Below, one piece after another: positions 35,901 through 50,900 of a stretch of DNA of 64,000 nucleotides (the stretch's first letter is position 1; each line of letters begins with the position of its first letter). Under the pieces are notes generated by a model. The model was given only the letters and a program-made list of their open reading frames with translations. It was not told where the DNA came from and did not search any database. Source of the DNA: Epithemia pelagica (taxonomy: Eukaryota; Protista; Bacillariophyta); assembly GCA_946965045.2 (NCBI GenBank), contig OX337231.1:2604001-2668000 (forward strand). Direction: 5' to 3'. Made by a program: the position numbers and the translations under genes.

Positions 35901-38900
35901 CGTACTGTGGACCAATTTCTTGTGGTCCGTGGCACACTTAAATGGCCATCCCTTCCATCATGACACCAATGGACTCCAATGCAATTCTGACACATTCACC
36001 ATTCTTATTTGGCAATAACAGAAAGCATCATGCAGTTTCATTACAAGCGACATCATGGACAAGCATTTGTATGGCTATGTACTGTGGACCAATTTCTTGT
36101 GGTCCGTGGCACACTGAAATGGCCATCTTTTTGAAACCCTTCCATCATGAGACCAATGGACTCCAATGTGATTCTGACACTTGCTCCATTCTTATTTAGC
36201 ATTAAAAGAAAGCATCATGCAGGTTCACTACAAGCGACATCATGGACAAGCATTTGTATAGCTACGTACTGTGGACCAATTTCTTGTGGTCCGTGGCACA
36301 CTGAAATGGCCATCTTTTTCGAGCCCTTTTATCGTGAGACCAATGGACGCCAATACGATTTTGACACTTGCTCCATTTCTATTTGGCAATAACAAAAAGC
36401 ATCATGCAGTTTCATTACAAGCGATGCCATGGACAAGCGTTTGTATAGCTACGTACTGTGGACCAATTTCTTGTGGTCCGTGGCACACTGAAATGGCCAT
36501 CTTTTTGAAACCCTTCCATCATGAGACCAATGGACTCCAATGTGATTCTGACACTTGCTCCATTCTTATTTAGCATTAAAAGAAAGCATCATGCAGGTTC
36601 ACTACAAGCGACATCATGGACAAGCATTTGTATAGCTACGTACTGTGGACCAATTTCTTGTGGTCCGTGGCACACTGAAATGGCCATCTTTTTCGAGCCC
36701 TTTTATCGTGAGACCAATGGACGCCAATACAATTCTGACCCTCTCTCCATTCTAATTTGACAATAACAGAAAGCATCATGCAGTCTCATTACAACTGTTG
36801 CCATGGACAAGCATTTGTATAGCTACGTACTGTGGACCAATTTCTTGTGGTCCGTGGCACACTGAAATGGCCATCTTTTTCAAGCCCTTCCATCATGAGA
36901 CCAATGGACGCCAATGCAATTCTGACACTTGCTCCATTCTTATTTAGCATTAACAGAAAGCATCATGCAGGTTAATTATAAGCAACATCATGGACAAGCA
37001 TTTGTATAGCTACGTACTGTGGACCAATTTCTTGTGGTCCGTGGCACACTGAAATGGCCATCTTTTTCAAGCCCTTCCATCATGAGACCAATGGACTCCA
37101 ATCTAATTCTGAAACTTGCTCCATTCTTATTTAGTATTAACAGAAAGCATCATGCAGGTTCATTACAAGCGATGCCATGGACAAGCATTTGTATAGCTAC
37201 GTACTGTCGACCAATTTCTTGTGGTCCGTGGCACACTGAAATGGCCATCTTTTTCGACCCCTTCCATCATGAGACCAATGGACTCCAATGCCATTCTGAC
37301 ACTTGCTCCATTCTTATTTAGCATTAACAGAAAGCATCATGCAGGTTCATTACAAGCGATGCCATGGACAAGCATTTGTATAGCTACGTACTGTGGACCA
37401 AATTCTTGTGGTCCGTGGCACACTGAAATGGCCATCTTTTTCAAGCCCTTCCATCATGAGACCAATGGACTCCAATGCGATTCTGACACTTGCTCCATTC
37501 TTATTTAGCATTAATAGAAAGCAACATGCAGGTTAATTACAAGCGACATCATGGACAAGCATTTGTATAGCTACGTACTGTGGACCAATTTCTTGTGGTC
37601 CGTGGCACACTGAAATGGCCATCTTTTTCGAGCCTTTCCATCATGAGACCAATGGACTCCAATGCAATTCTGACACCTGCTCCATTCTTATTTGGCATTT
37701 ACAGAAAGCTTCATGCAGGTTAATTACAAGCGACATCATGGACAAGCATTTGTATAGCTACGTACTGTGGACCAATTTCTTGTTGTCCGTGGCACACTGA
37801 AATGGCCATCTTTTATAAGCCCTTCCATCATGAGACCAATGGACTCCAATGCAATTCTGACACCTGCTCCATTCTTATTGAGCATTAATAGAAAGCAACA
37901 TGCAGGTTAATTTCAAGCGGCATCATGGACAAGCATTTGTATAGCTACGTACTGTGGACCAATTTCTTGTGGTCCGTGGCACACTGAAATGGCCATCTTT
38001 TTCAAGCCCTTCCATCATGAGACCAATGGACTCCAATCTAATTCTTACACTTGCTCCATTTCTATTTGGCAAGAATAGAAAGCATCATGGAGTTTCATTA
38101 CACAAGCATTTGTATAGCTACGTACTGTGGACCAAATTCTTGTGGTCCGTGGCACACTGAAATGGCCATCTTTTTCAAGCCCTGAATTCATGAGACCAAC
38201 GGAGTCCAATGCAATTCTGACACTTGCTCCATTCTTAAATGGCAATAATAAAAAGCATGATGCAGTTTCCTTACAAGCGATGCCATGGACAAGCATTTGT
38301 ATAGCTACGTACTGTGGACCAATTTCTTGTGGTCCGTGGCACACTGAAATGGATATTTTTTTCAAGCCCTTCCATCATGAGACCAATGGACTCCAATGCG
38401 ATTCTGACACTTGCTCCATTCTTATTTAGCCTCAACAGAAAGCCTCATGCAGGTTAATTACAAGCGACATCATGGACAGGCATTTGTATAGCTACGTACT
38501 GTGGACCAATTTCTTGTGGTCCATGGCACACTGAAATGGCCATCTTTTTCAAGCCCTTCCATCATGAGACCAATGGACTCCAATGCAATTCTGACACTTG
38601 CTCCTTTCTCATTAACCATTAACAGAATGCATCATGCAGTTTCATTACAAGCGATGCCATGGACAAGCATTTGTATAGCTACGTACTGTGGACCAATTTC
38701 TTGTGGTCCGTGGCACACTAAAATGGCCATCTTTTTCGAGCCCTTCCATCATGACACCAATGGACTCCAATGCAATTCTGACACATTCACCATTCTTATT
38801 TGGCAATAACAGAAAGCATCATGCAGTTTCATTACAAGCGACATCATGGACAAGCATTTGTATGGCTATGTACTGTGGACCAATTTCTTGTGGTCCGTGG

Positions 38901-41900
38901 CACACTGAAATGGCCATCTTTTTGAAACCCTTCCATCATGAGACCAATGGACTCCAATGTGATTCTGACACTTGCTCCATTCTTATTTAGCATTAAAAGA
39001 AAGCATCATGCAGGTTCACTAGAAGCGACATCATGACAAGCATTTGTATAGCTACGTACTGTGGACCAATTTCTTGTGGTCCGTGGCACACTGAAATGGC
39101 CATCTTTTTCGAGCCCTTTTATCGTGAGACCAATGGACGCCAATACAATTTGGACACTTGCTCCATTTCTATTTGGCAATAACAAAAAGCATCATGCAGT
39201 TTTATTACAAGCGATGCCATGGACAAGCGTTTGTATAGCTACGTACTGTGGACCAATTTCTTGTGGTCCGTGGCACACTGAAATGGCCATCTTTTTCAAG
39301 CCCTTCCATCATGAGACCAATGAACTCCAATACAATTCTGACCCTCTCTCCATTCTAATTTGACAATAACAGAAAGCATCATGCAGTCATTACAACTGTT
39401 GCCATGGACAAGCATTTGTATAGCTACGTACTGTGGACCAATTTCTTGTGGTCCGTGGCACACTGAAATGGCCATTTTTTTCAAGCCCTTCCATCATGAG
39501 ACCACTGGACTCCAATACGATTCTGACACTTGCTCCATTCTTATTTAGCCTCAACAGAAAGCCTCATGCAGGTTCATTACAAGCGACATCATGGACAGGC
39601 ATTTGTATAGCTACGTACTGTGGACCAATTTCTTGTGGTCCATGGCACACTGAAATGGCCATCTTTTTCAAGCCCTTCCATCATGAGACCAATGGACTCC
39701 AATGCAATTCTGACACTTGCTCCTTTCTTATTAACTATTAACAAAATGCATCATGCAGTTTCATTACAAGCGATGCCATGGACAAGCATTTGTATAGCTA
39801 CGTACTGTGGACCAATTTCTTGTGGTCCGTGGCACACTTAAATGGCCATCTTTTTCGAGCCCTTTTATCGTGAGACCAATGGACGCCAATACAATTTTGA
39901 CACTTGCTCCATTCTTATTTGGCAATAACAGAAAGCATCATGCAGTTTCATTACAAGCGACATCATGGACAAGCATTTGTATGGCTATGTACTGTGGACC
40001 AATTTCTTGTGGTCCGTGGCACACTGAAATGGCCATCTTTTTGAAACCCTTCCATCATGAGACCAATGGACTCCAATGTGATTCTGACACTTGCTCCATT
40101 CTTATTTAGCATTAAAAGAAAGCATCATGGACTCCAATGCCATTCTGACACTTGCTCTATTCTTATTTAGCATTAACAGAAAGCATCATGCAGGTTCATT
40201 ACAAGCGATGCCATGGACAAGCATTTGTATAGCTACGTTCTGTGGACCAAATTCTTGTGGTCCGTGGCACACTGAAATTGCCATCTTTTTCAAGCCTTTC
40301 ATCATGAGACCAATGGACTCCAATGCGATTCTGACACTTGCTCCATTCTTATTTAGCATTAATAGAAAGCAACATGCAGGTTAATTACAAGCGACATCAT
40401 GGACAAGCATTTGTATAGCTACGTACTGTGGACCAATTTCTTGTGGTCCGTGGCACACTGAAATGGCCATCTTTTTCGAGCCTTTCCATCATGAGACCAA
40501 TGGACTCCAATGCAATTCTGACACCTGCTCCATTCTTATTTAGCATTTACAGAAAGCTTCATGCAGGTTAATTACAAGCGACATCATGGACAAGCATTTG
40601 TATAGCTACGTACTGTGGACCAATTTCTTGTTGTCCGTGGCACACTGAAATGGCCATCTTTTATAAGCCCTTCCATCATGAGACCAATGGACTTCAATGC
40701 AATTCTGACACTTGCTCCTTTCTTATTAACCAATAACAGAAGGCATCATGCAGGTTCATTACAAGCGACATCATGGACAAGCATTTGTATAGCTACGTAC
40801 TGTGGACCAATTTCTTGTGGTCCGTGGCACACTGAAATGGTCATCTTTTTGAAACCCTTCCATCATGAGACCAATGGACTCCAATCTAATTCTTACACTT
40901 GCTCCATTTCTATTTGGCAATAATAGAAAGCATCATGGAGTTTCATTACACAAGCATTCGTATAGCTACGTACTGTGGACCAAATTCTTGTGGTCCGTGG
41001 CACACTGAAATGGCCATCTTTTTCAAGCCCTGAAATCATGAGACCAACGGACTCCAATGCAATTCTGACACTTGCTCCATTCTTAAATGGCAATAATAAA
41101 AAGCATGATGCAGTTTCCTTACAAGCGATGCCATGGACAAGCATTTGTATAGCTACGTACTGTGGACCAATTTCTTGTGGTCCGTGGCACACTGAAATGG
41201 ATATTTTTTTCAAGCCCTTCCATCATGAGACCAATGGACTCCAATGCGATTCTGACACTTGCTCCATTCTTATTTAGCCTCAACAGAAAGCCTCATGCAG
41301 GTGAATTACAAGCGACATCATGGACAGGCATTTGTATAGCTACGTACTGTGGACCAATTTCTTGTGGTCCATGGCACACTGAAATGGCCATCTTTTTCAA
41401 GCCCTTCCAGCATGAGACCAATGGACTCCAATGCAATTCTGACACTTGCTCCTTTGTTATTAACCATTAACAGAATGCATCATGCAGTTTCATTACAAGC
41501 GATGCCATGGACAAGCATTTGTATAGCTACGTACTGTGGACCAATTTCTTGTGGTCCGTGGCACACTAAAATGGCCATCTTTTTCGAGCCCTTCCATCAT
41601 GACACCAATGGACTCCAATGCAATTCTGACACATTCACCATTCTTATTTGGCAATAACAGAAAGCATCATGCAGTTTCATTACAAGCGACATCATGGACA
41701 AGCATTTGTATGGCTATGTACTGTGGACCAATTTCTTGTGGTGCGTGGCACACTGAAATGGCCATCTTTTTGAAACCCTTCCATCATGAGACCAATGGAC
41801 TCCAATGTGATTCTGACACTTGCTCCATTCTTATTTAGCATTAAAAGAAAGCATCATGCAGGTTCACTACAAGCGACATCATGACAAGCATTTGTATAGC

Positions 41901-44900
41901 TACGTACTGTGGACCATTTTCTTGTGGTCCGTGGCACACTGAAATGGCCATCTTTTTCGAGCCCTTTTATCGTGAGACCAATGGACGCCAATACAATTTG
42001 GACACTTGCTCCATTTCTATTTGGCAATAACAAAAAGCATCATGCAGTTTTATTACAAGCGATGCCATGGACAAGCGTTTGTATAGCTACGTACTGTGGA
42101 CCAATTTCTTGTGGTCCGTGGCACACTGAAATGGCCATTTTTTTCAAGCCCTTCCATCATGAGACCAATGAACTCCAATACAATTCTGACCCTCTCTCCA
42201 TTCTAATTTGACAATAACAGAAAGCATCATGCAGTCATTACAACTGTTGCCATGGACAAGCATTTGTATAGCTACGTACTGTGGACCAATTTCTTGTGGT
42301 CCGTGGCACACTGAAATGTCCATCTTTTTCAAGCCCTTCCATCATGAGACCACTGGACTCCAATACGATTCTGACACTTGCTCCATTCTTATTTAGCCTC
42401 AACAGAAAGCCTCATGCAGGTTAATTACAAGCGACATCATGGACAGGCATTTGTATAGCTACGTACTGTGGACCAATTTCTTGTGGTCCATGGCACACTG
42501 AAATGGCCATCTTTTTCAAGCCCTTCCATCATGAGACCAATGGACTCCAATGCAATTCTGACACTTGCTCCTTTCTTATTAACTATTAACATAATGCATC
42601 ATGCAGTTTCATTACAAGCGATGCCATGGACAAGCATTTGTATAGCTACGTACTGTGGACCAATTTCTTGTGGTCCGTGGCACACTTAAATGGCCATCTT
42701 TTTCGAGCCCTTTTATCGTGAGACCAATGGACGCCAATACAATTTTGACACTTGCTCCATTCTTATTTGGCAATAACAGAAAGCATCATGCAGTTTCATT
42801 ACAAGCGACATCATGGACAAGCATTTGTATGGCTATGTACTGTGGACCAATTTCTTGTGGTCCGTGGCACACTGAAATGGCCATCTTTTTGAAACCCTTC
42901 CATCATGAGACCAATGGACTCCAATGTGATTCTGACACTTGCTCCATTCTTATTTAGCATTTAAAGAAAGCATCATGGAGTTTCATTACACAAGCATTTG
43001 TATAGCTACGTACTGTGGACCAAATTCTTGTGGTCCGTGGCACACTGAAATGGCCATCTTTTTCAAGCCCTGAAATCATGAGACCAACGGACTCCAATGC
43101 AATATGAACACTTCCTCCATTCTTATTTGCCAATAACAAAAAGCATCATGCAGATTCATTACAAGCGATGCCATGGACAAGAATTTGTATAGCTACGTAC
43201 TGTCGACCAATTTCTTGTGGTCCGTGGCACACTGAAATGGCCATCTTTTTCAAACCCTTCCATCATTAGACCAATGGACTCCAATGCAATTCTGACACTT
43301 GCTACATTCTAATTTAGCATTTACAGAAAGCTTCATGCAGTTTCATTTCAAGCGATGCCATGGACAAGCATTTGTATAGCTACGTACTGTGGACCAATTT
43401 CTTGTGGTCCGTGGCACACTGAAATGGCCATCTTTTCAAAGCCCTTCCATCATGAGACCAACGGACTCCAATGCAATTCTGACACATACACCATTCTTTT
43501 TTACCAAGAACAGAAGGCATCATCCAGTTTCATTACAAGCGATGCCATGGACAAGCATTTGTATAGCTACGTACTGTGGACCAATTTCTTGTGGTCCGTG
43601 GCACACTGAAATGGCCATCTTTTTCAAGCCCTTCCATCATGAGACCAATGGACTCCAATGCAATTCTGACACTTGCTACATTCTAATTTAGCATTTACAG
43701 AAAGCATCATGCAGTTTCATTACAAGCGACGTCATGGACAAGCATTTGTATAGCTACGTACTGTGGACCAATTTCTTGTGGTCCGTGGCACACTTAAATG
43801 GCCATCTTTTTGAAACCCTTCCATTATGAGACCAATGGACTCCAATGCAGTTCTGACACATTCACCATTTTTATTTGGCAATAACAGAACGCATCATGCA
43901 ATTTCATTACAATAGACGTAATGGACAAGCATTTGTATAGCTACGTACTATGGACCAATTTCTTGTGGTCCGTGGCACACTGAAATGGCCATCTTTTTCA
44001 AGCCCTTCCATCATGAGACCAATGGACTCCAATGCGATTCTGACACTTGCTCCATTCTTATTTAGCATTAAAAAGAAAGCATCATGCAGGTTAATTATAA
44101 GCGATGCCATGGACAAGCATTTGTATAGCTACGTACTGTGGACCAATTTCTTGTTGTCCGTGGCACACTTTAATGGCCATCTTTTTCAAGCACTTCCATC
44201 ATGAGACCAATGGACTCCAATGCAATTCGGACACTTGCTCCATTCTTATTTAGCATTAACAGAAAGCATCATGCAGGTTAATTACAAGCGATGCCATGGA
44301 CAAGCATTTGTATAGCTACGTACTGTGGACCAATTTCTTGTGGTCCGTGGCACACTTAAATGGCCATCTTTTTGAAACCCTTCCATTATGAGACCAATGG
44401 ACTCCAATGCAATTCGAACACTTCCTGCATTCTTATTTGCCAATAACAAAAAGCATCATGCAGGTTCATTACAAGCGATGCCATGGACAAGCATTTGTAT
44501 AGCTACGTACTGTCGACCAATTTCTTGTGGTCCGTGGCACACTGAAATGGCCATCTTTTTCAAACCCTTCCATCATGAGACCAATGGACTCCAATGCAAT
44601 TCTGACACTTGCTACATTCTAATTTAGCATTTACAGAAAGCTTCATGCAGTTTCATTACAAGCGATGCCATGGACAAGCATTTGTATAGCTACGTACTGT
44701 GGACCAATTTCTTGTGGTCCGTGGCACACTGAAATGGCCATCTTTTCAAAGCCCTTCCATCATGAGACCAACGGACTCCAATGCAATTCTGACACATTCA
44801 CCATTCTTTTTTACCAAGAACAGAAGGCATCATGCAGTTTCATTACAAGCGATGCCATGGACAAGCATTTGTATAGCTACGTACTGTGGACCAATTTCTT

Positions 44901-47900
44901 GTGGTCCGTGGCACACTGAAATGGCCATCTTTTTCAAGCCCTTCCATCATGAGACCAACGGACTCCAATGCAATTCTGACACATTCACCATTCTTTTTTA
45001 CCAAGAACAGAAGGCATCATGCAGTTTCATTACAAGCGATGCCATGGACAAGCATTTGTATAGCTACGTACTGTGGACCAATTTCTTGTGGTCCGTGGCA
45101 CACTGAAATGGCCATCTTTTTCAAGCCCTTCCATCATGCGACCAATGGACTCCAATGCAATTCTGACACTTGCTCCATTCTTATTTAGCATTAACAGAAA
45201 GCATCATGTAGTTTCATTACAAGCGACGTCATGGACAAGCATTTGTATAGCTACGTACTGTGGATCAATTTCTTGTGGTCCGTGGCACACTGAAATGGCC
45301 ATCTTTTTCAAGCCCTTCCATTATGAGACCAATGGACGCCAATGCAACTCTGACACTTGCTCCAATCTTATTGACCAATAACAGAAAGCCTCATGCAGGT
45401 TAATTACAAGCGACATCATGGACAAGCATTTGTATAGCTACGTACTGTGGACCAATTTCTTGTGGTCCGTGGCACACTGAAATGGCCATCTTTTTCGAGC
45501 CTTTCCATCATGAGACCAATGGACTCCAATGCAATTCTGACACCTGCTCCATTCTTATTTAGCATTTACAGAAAGCTTCATGCAGGTTAATTACAAGCGA
45601 CATCATGGACAAGCATTTGTATAGCTACGTACTGTGGACCAATTTCTTGTGGTCCGTGGCACACTTTAATGGCCATCTTTTTCAAGCCCTTCCATCATGA
45701 GACCAATGGACTCCAATGCGATTCTGACACTTGCTCCATTCTTATTTAGCATTAATTGAAAGCAACATGCAGGTTAATTACAAGCGACATCATGGACAAG
45801 CATTTGTATAGCTACGTACTGTGAACCAATTTCTTGTGGTCCGTGGCACACTGAAATGGCCATCTTTTTCGAGCCTTTCCATCATGAGACCAATGGACTC
45901 CAATGCAATTCTGACACCTGCTCCATTCTTATTTAGCATTTACAGAAAGCTTCATGCAGGTTAATTACAAGCGACATCATGGACAAGCATTTGTATAGCT
46001 ACGTACTGTGGACCAATTTCTTGTGGTCCGTGGCACACTTTAATGGCCATCTTTTTCAAGCCCTTCCATCATGAGACCAATGGACTCCAATGCGATTCTG
46101 ACACTTGCTCCATTCTTATTTAGCATTAATTGAAAGCAACATGCAGGTTAATTACAAGCGACATCATGGACAGGCATTTGTATAGCTACGTACTGTGAAC
46201 CAATTTCTTGTGGTCCATGGCACACTGAAATGGCCATCTTTTTCAAGCCTTTCCATCATGAGACCAATGGACTCCAATGCAATTCTGACACCTGCTCCTT
46301 TCTTATTAACTATTAACAGAAAGCTTCATGCAGGTTAATTACAAGCGACATCATGGACAAGCATTTGTATAGCTACGTACTGTGGACCAATTTCTTGTGG
46401 TCCGTGGCACACTTTAATGGCCATCTTTTTCAAGCCCTTCCATCATGACACCAATGGACTCCAATGCAATTCTGACACATTCACCATTCTTATTTGGCAG
46501 AAAGCCTCATGCAGGTTAATTACAAGCGACATCATGGACAGGCATTTGTATAGCTACGTACTGTGGACCAATTTCTTGTGGTCCATGGCACACTGAAATG
46601 GCCATCTTTTTCAAGCCCTTCCATCATGAGACCAATGGACTCCAATGCAATTCTGACACTTGCTCCTTTCTTATTAACTATTAACAGAATGCATCATGCA
46701 GGTTCATTACAAGCGATGCCATGGACAAGCATTTGTATAGCTACGTACTGTGGACCAATTTCTTGTGGTTCGTGGCACACTAAAATGGCCATCTTTTTCG
46801 AGCCCTTCCATCATGACACCAATGGACTCCAATGCAATTCTGACACATTCACCATTCTTATTTGGCAGAAAGCCTCATGCAGGTTAATTACAAGCGACAT
46901 CATGGACAGGCATTTGTATAGCTACGTACTGTGGACCAATTTCTTGTGGTCCGTGGCACACTGAAATGGCCATCTTTTCAAAGCCCTTCCATCATGAGAC
47001 CAATGGACTCCAATGCAATTCTGACACATTCACCATTTTTATTTGGCAATAACAGAACGCATCATGCAGGTTCATTACAAGCGATGCCATTGACAAGCAT
47101 TTGTATAGCTACGTACTGTGGACCAATTTCTTGTGGTCCGTGGCACACTGAAATGGCCATCTTTTTCAAGCCTTTCCATCATGAGACCAATGGACTCCAA
47201 TGCAATTCTGACACCTGCTCCATTCTTATTTAGCATTTACAGAAAGCTTCATGCAGGTTAATTACAAGCGACATCATGGACAAGCATTTGTATAGCTACG
47301 TACTGTGGACCAATTTCTTGTGGTCCGTGGCACACTTTAATGGCCATCTTTTTCAAGCCCTTCCATCATGAGACCAATGGACTCCAATTACATTCTGACA
47401 CCTGCTCCATTCTTATTGAGCATTAACAGAAAGCCTCATGCAGGTTAATTACAAGCGACATCATGGACAGGCATTTGTATAGCTACGTACTGTGGACCAA
47501 TTTCTTGTGGTCCATGGCACACTGAAATGGCCATCTTTTTCAAGCCCTTCCATCATGAGACCAATGGACTCCAATGCAATTCTGACACTTGCTCCTTTCT
47601 TATTAACTATTAACAGAATGCATCATGCAGTTTCATTACAAGCGATGCCATGGACAAGCATTTGTATAGCTACGTACTGTGGACCAATTTCTTGTGGTTC
47701 GTGGCACACTAAAATGGCCATCTTTTTCGAGCCCTTCCATCATGACACCAATGGACTCCAATGCAATTCTGACACATTCACCATTCTTATTTGGCAGAAA
47801 GCCTCATGCAGGTTAATTACAAGCGACATCATGGACAGGCATTTGTATAGCTACGTACTGTGGACCAATTTCTTGTGGTCCATGGCACACTGAAATGGCC

Positions 47901-50900
47901 ATCTTTTTCAAGCCCTTCCATCATGAGACCAATGGACTCCAATGCAATTCTGACACTTGCTCCTTTCTTATTAACTATTAACAGAATGCATCATGCAGGT
48001 TCATTACAAGCGATGCCATGGACAAGCATTTGTATAGCTACGTACTGTGGACCAATTTCTTGTGGTTCGTGGCACACTAAAATGGCCATCTTTTTCGAGC
48101 CCTTCCATCATGACACCAATGGACTCCAATGCAATTCTGACACATTCACCATTCTTATTTGGCAGAAAGCCTCATGCAGGTTAATTACAAGCGACATCAT
48201 GGACAGGCATTTGTATAGCTACGTACTGTGGACCAATTTCTTGTGGTCCGTGGCACACTGAAATGGCCATCTTTTTCAAGCCCTTCCATCATGAGACCAA
48301 TGGACTCCAATGCAATTCTGACACTTGCTCCATTCTTATTTAGCAGTAAAAGAAAGCATCATGCAGTTTCATTACAAGCGATGCCATTGACAAGCATTTG
48401 TATAACTACGTACTGTGGACCAATTTCTTGTGGTCCGTGGCACACTGAAATGGCCATCTTTTCAAAGCCCTTCCATCATGAGACCAATGGACTCCAATGC
48501 AATTCTGACACATTCACCATTTTTATTTGGCAATAACAGAACGCATCATGCAGGTTCATTACAAGCGATGCCATTGACAAGCATTTGTATAGCTACGTAC
48601 TGTGGACCAATTTCTTGTGGTCCGTGGCACACTGAAATGGCCATCTTTTTCAAGCCCTTCCATCATGAGACCAATGGACTCCAATGCAATATGAACACTT
48701 CCTCCATTCTTATTTGCCAATAACACAAAGCATCATGCAGATTCATTACAAGCGATGCCATGGACAAGAATTTGTATAGCTACGTACTGTCGACCAATTT
48801 CTTGTGGTCCGTGGCACACTGAAATGGCCATCTTTTTCAAACCCTTCCATCATTAGACCAATGGACTCCAATGCAATTCTGACACTTGCTACATTCTAAT
48901 TTAGCATTTACAGAAAGCTTCATGCAGTTTCATTTCAAGCGATGCCATGGACAAGCATTTGTATAGCTACGTACTGTGGACCAATTTCTTGTGGTCCGTG
49001 GCACACTGAAATGGCCATCTTTTCAAAGCCCTTCCATCATGAGACCAACGGACTCCAATGCAATTCTGACACATACACCATTCTTTTTTACCAAGAACAG
49101 AAGGCATCATCCAGTTTCATTACAAGCGATGCCATGGACAAGCATTTGTATAGCTACGTACTGTGGACCAATTTCTTGTGGTCCGTGGCACACTGAAATG
49201 GCCATCTTTTTCAAGCCCTTCCATCATGAGACCAATGGACTCCAATGCAATTCTGACACTTGCTACATTCTAATTTAGCATTTACAGAAAGCATCATGCA
49301 GTTTCATTACAAGCGACGTCATGGACAAGCATTTGTATAGCTACGTACTGTGGACCAATTTCTTGTGGTCCGTGGCACACTTAAATGGCCATCTTTTTGA
49401 AACCCTTCCATTATGAGACCAATGGACTCCAATGCAGTTCTGACACATTCACCATTTTTATTTGGCAATAACAGAACGCATCATGCAATTTCATTACAAT
49501 AGACGTAATGGACAAGCATTTGTATAGCTACGTACTATGGACCAATTTCTTGTGGTCCGTGGCACACTGAAATGGCCATCTTTTTCAAGCCCTTCCATCA
49601 TGAGACCAATGGACTCCAATGCGATTCTGACACTTGCTCCATTCTTATTTAGCATTAAAAAGAAAGCATCATGCAGGTTAATTATAAGCGATGCCATGGA
49701 CAAGCATTTGTATAGCTACGTACTGTGGACCAATTTCTTGTTGTCCGTGGCACACTTTAATGGCCATCTTTTTCAAGCACTTCCATCATGAGACCAATGG
49801 ACTCCAATGCAATTCGGACACTTGCTCCATTCTTATTTAGCATTAACAGAAAGCATCATGCAGGTTAATTACAAGCGATGCCATGGACAAGCATTTGTAT
49901 AGCTACGTACTGTGGACCAATTTCTTGTGGTCCGTGGCACACTTAAATGGCCATCTTTTTGAAACCCTTCCATTATGAGACCAATGGACTCCAATGCAAC
50001 TCTGACACTTGCTCCATTTTTATTTGGCAATAACAAAAAGCATCATGCAGGTTCATTACAAGCGATGCCATGGACAAGCATTTGTATAGCTACGTACTGT
50101 GGACCAATTTCTTGTGGTCCGTGGCACACTAAAATGGCCATCTTTTTCAAGCCCTTCCATCATGAGACCAATGGACTCCAATGCAATTCTGACACTTGCT
50201 CCATTCTAACTTAGGATTAACAGAAAGCTTCACGCAGGTTAATTACAAGCGACATCATGAACAAGCATTTGTATAGCTACGTACTGTGGACCAATTTCTT
50301 GCGGTCCGTGGCACACTGAAATGGCCATCTTTTCAAAGCCCTTCCATCATGAGACCAACGGACTCCAATGCAATTCTGACACATTCACCATTTTTATTTG
50401 GCAGTAACAGAACGCATCATGCAGTTTCATTACAATAGACGTAATGGACAAGCATTTGTATAGCTACGTACTGTGGACCAATTTCTTGCGGTCCGTGGCA
50501 CACTGAAATGGCCATCTTTTTCGACCCCTTCCATCATGAGACCAATGGACTCCAATGCGATTCTGACACTTGCTCCATTCTTATTTAGCAATAACAGAAA
50601 GCATCATGCAGGTTCATTACAAGCGATGCCATGGACAAGCATTTTTATAGCTACGTACTGTGGACCAATTTCTTGTGGTCCGTGGCACACTGAAATGGCC
50701 ATCTTTTTCAAGCCCTTCCATCATGAGACCAATGGACTCCAATGCGATTCTGACACTTGCTCCATTCTTATTTAGCATTAAAAAGAAAGCATCATGCAGG
50801 TTAATTATAAGCGATGCCATGGACAAGCATTTGTATAGCTACGTACTGTGGACCAATTTCTTGTGGTCCGTGGCACACTTAAATGGCCATCTTTTTCAAG

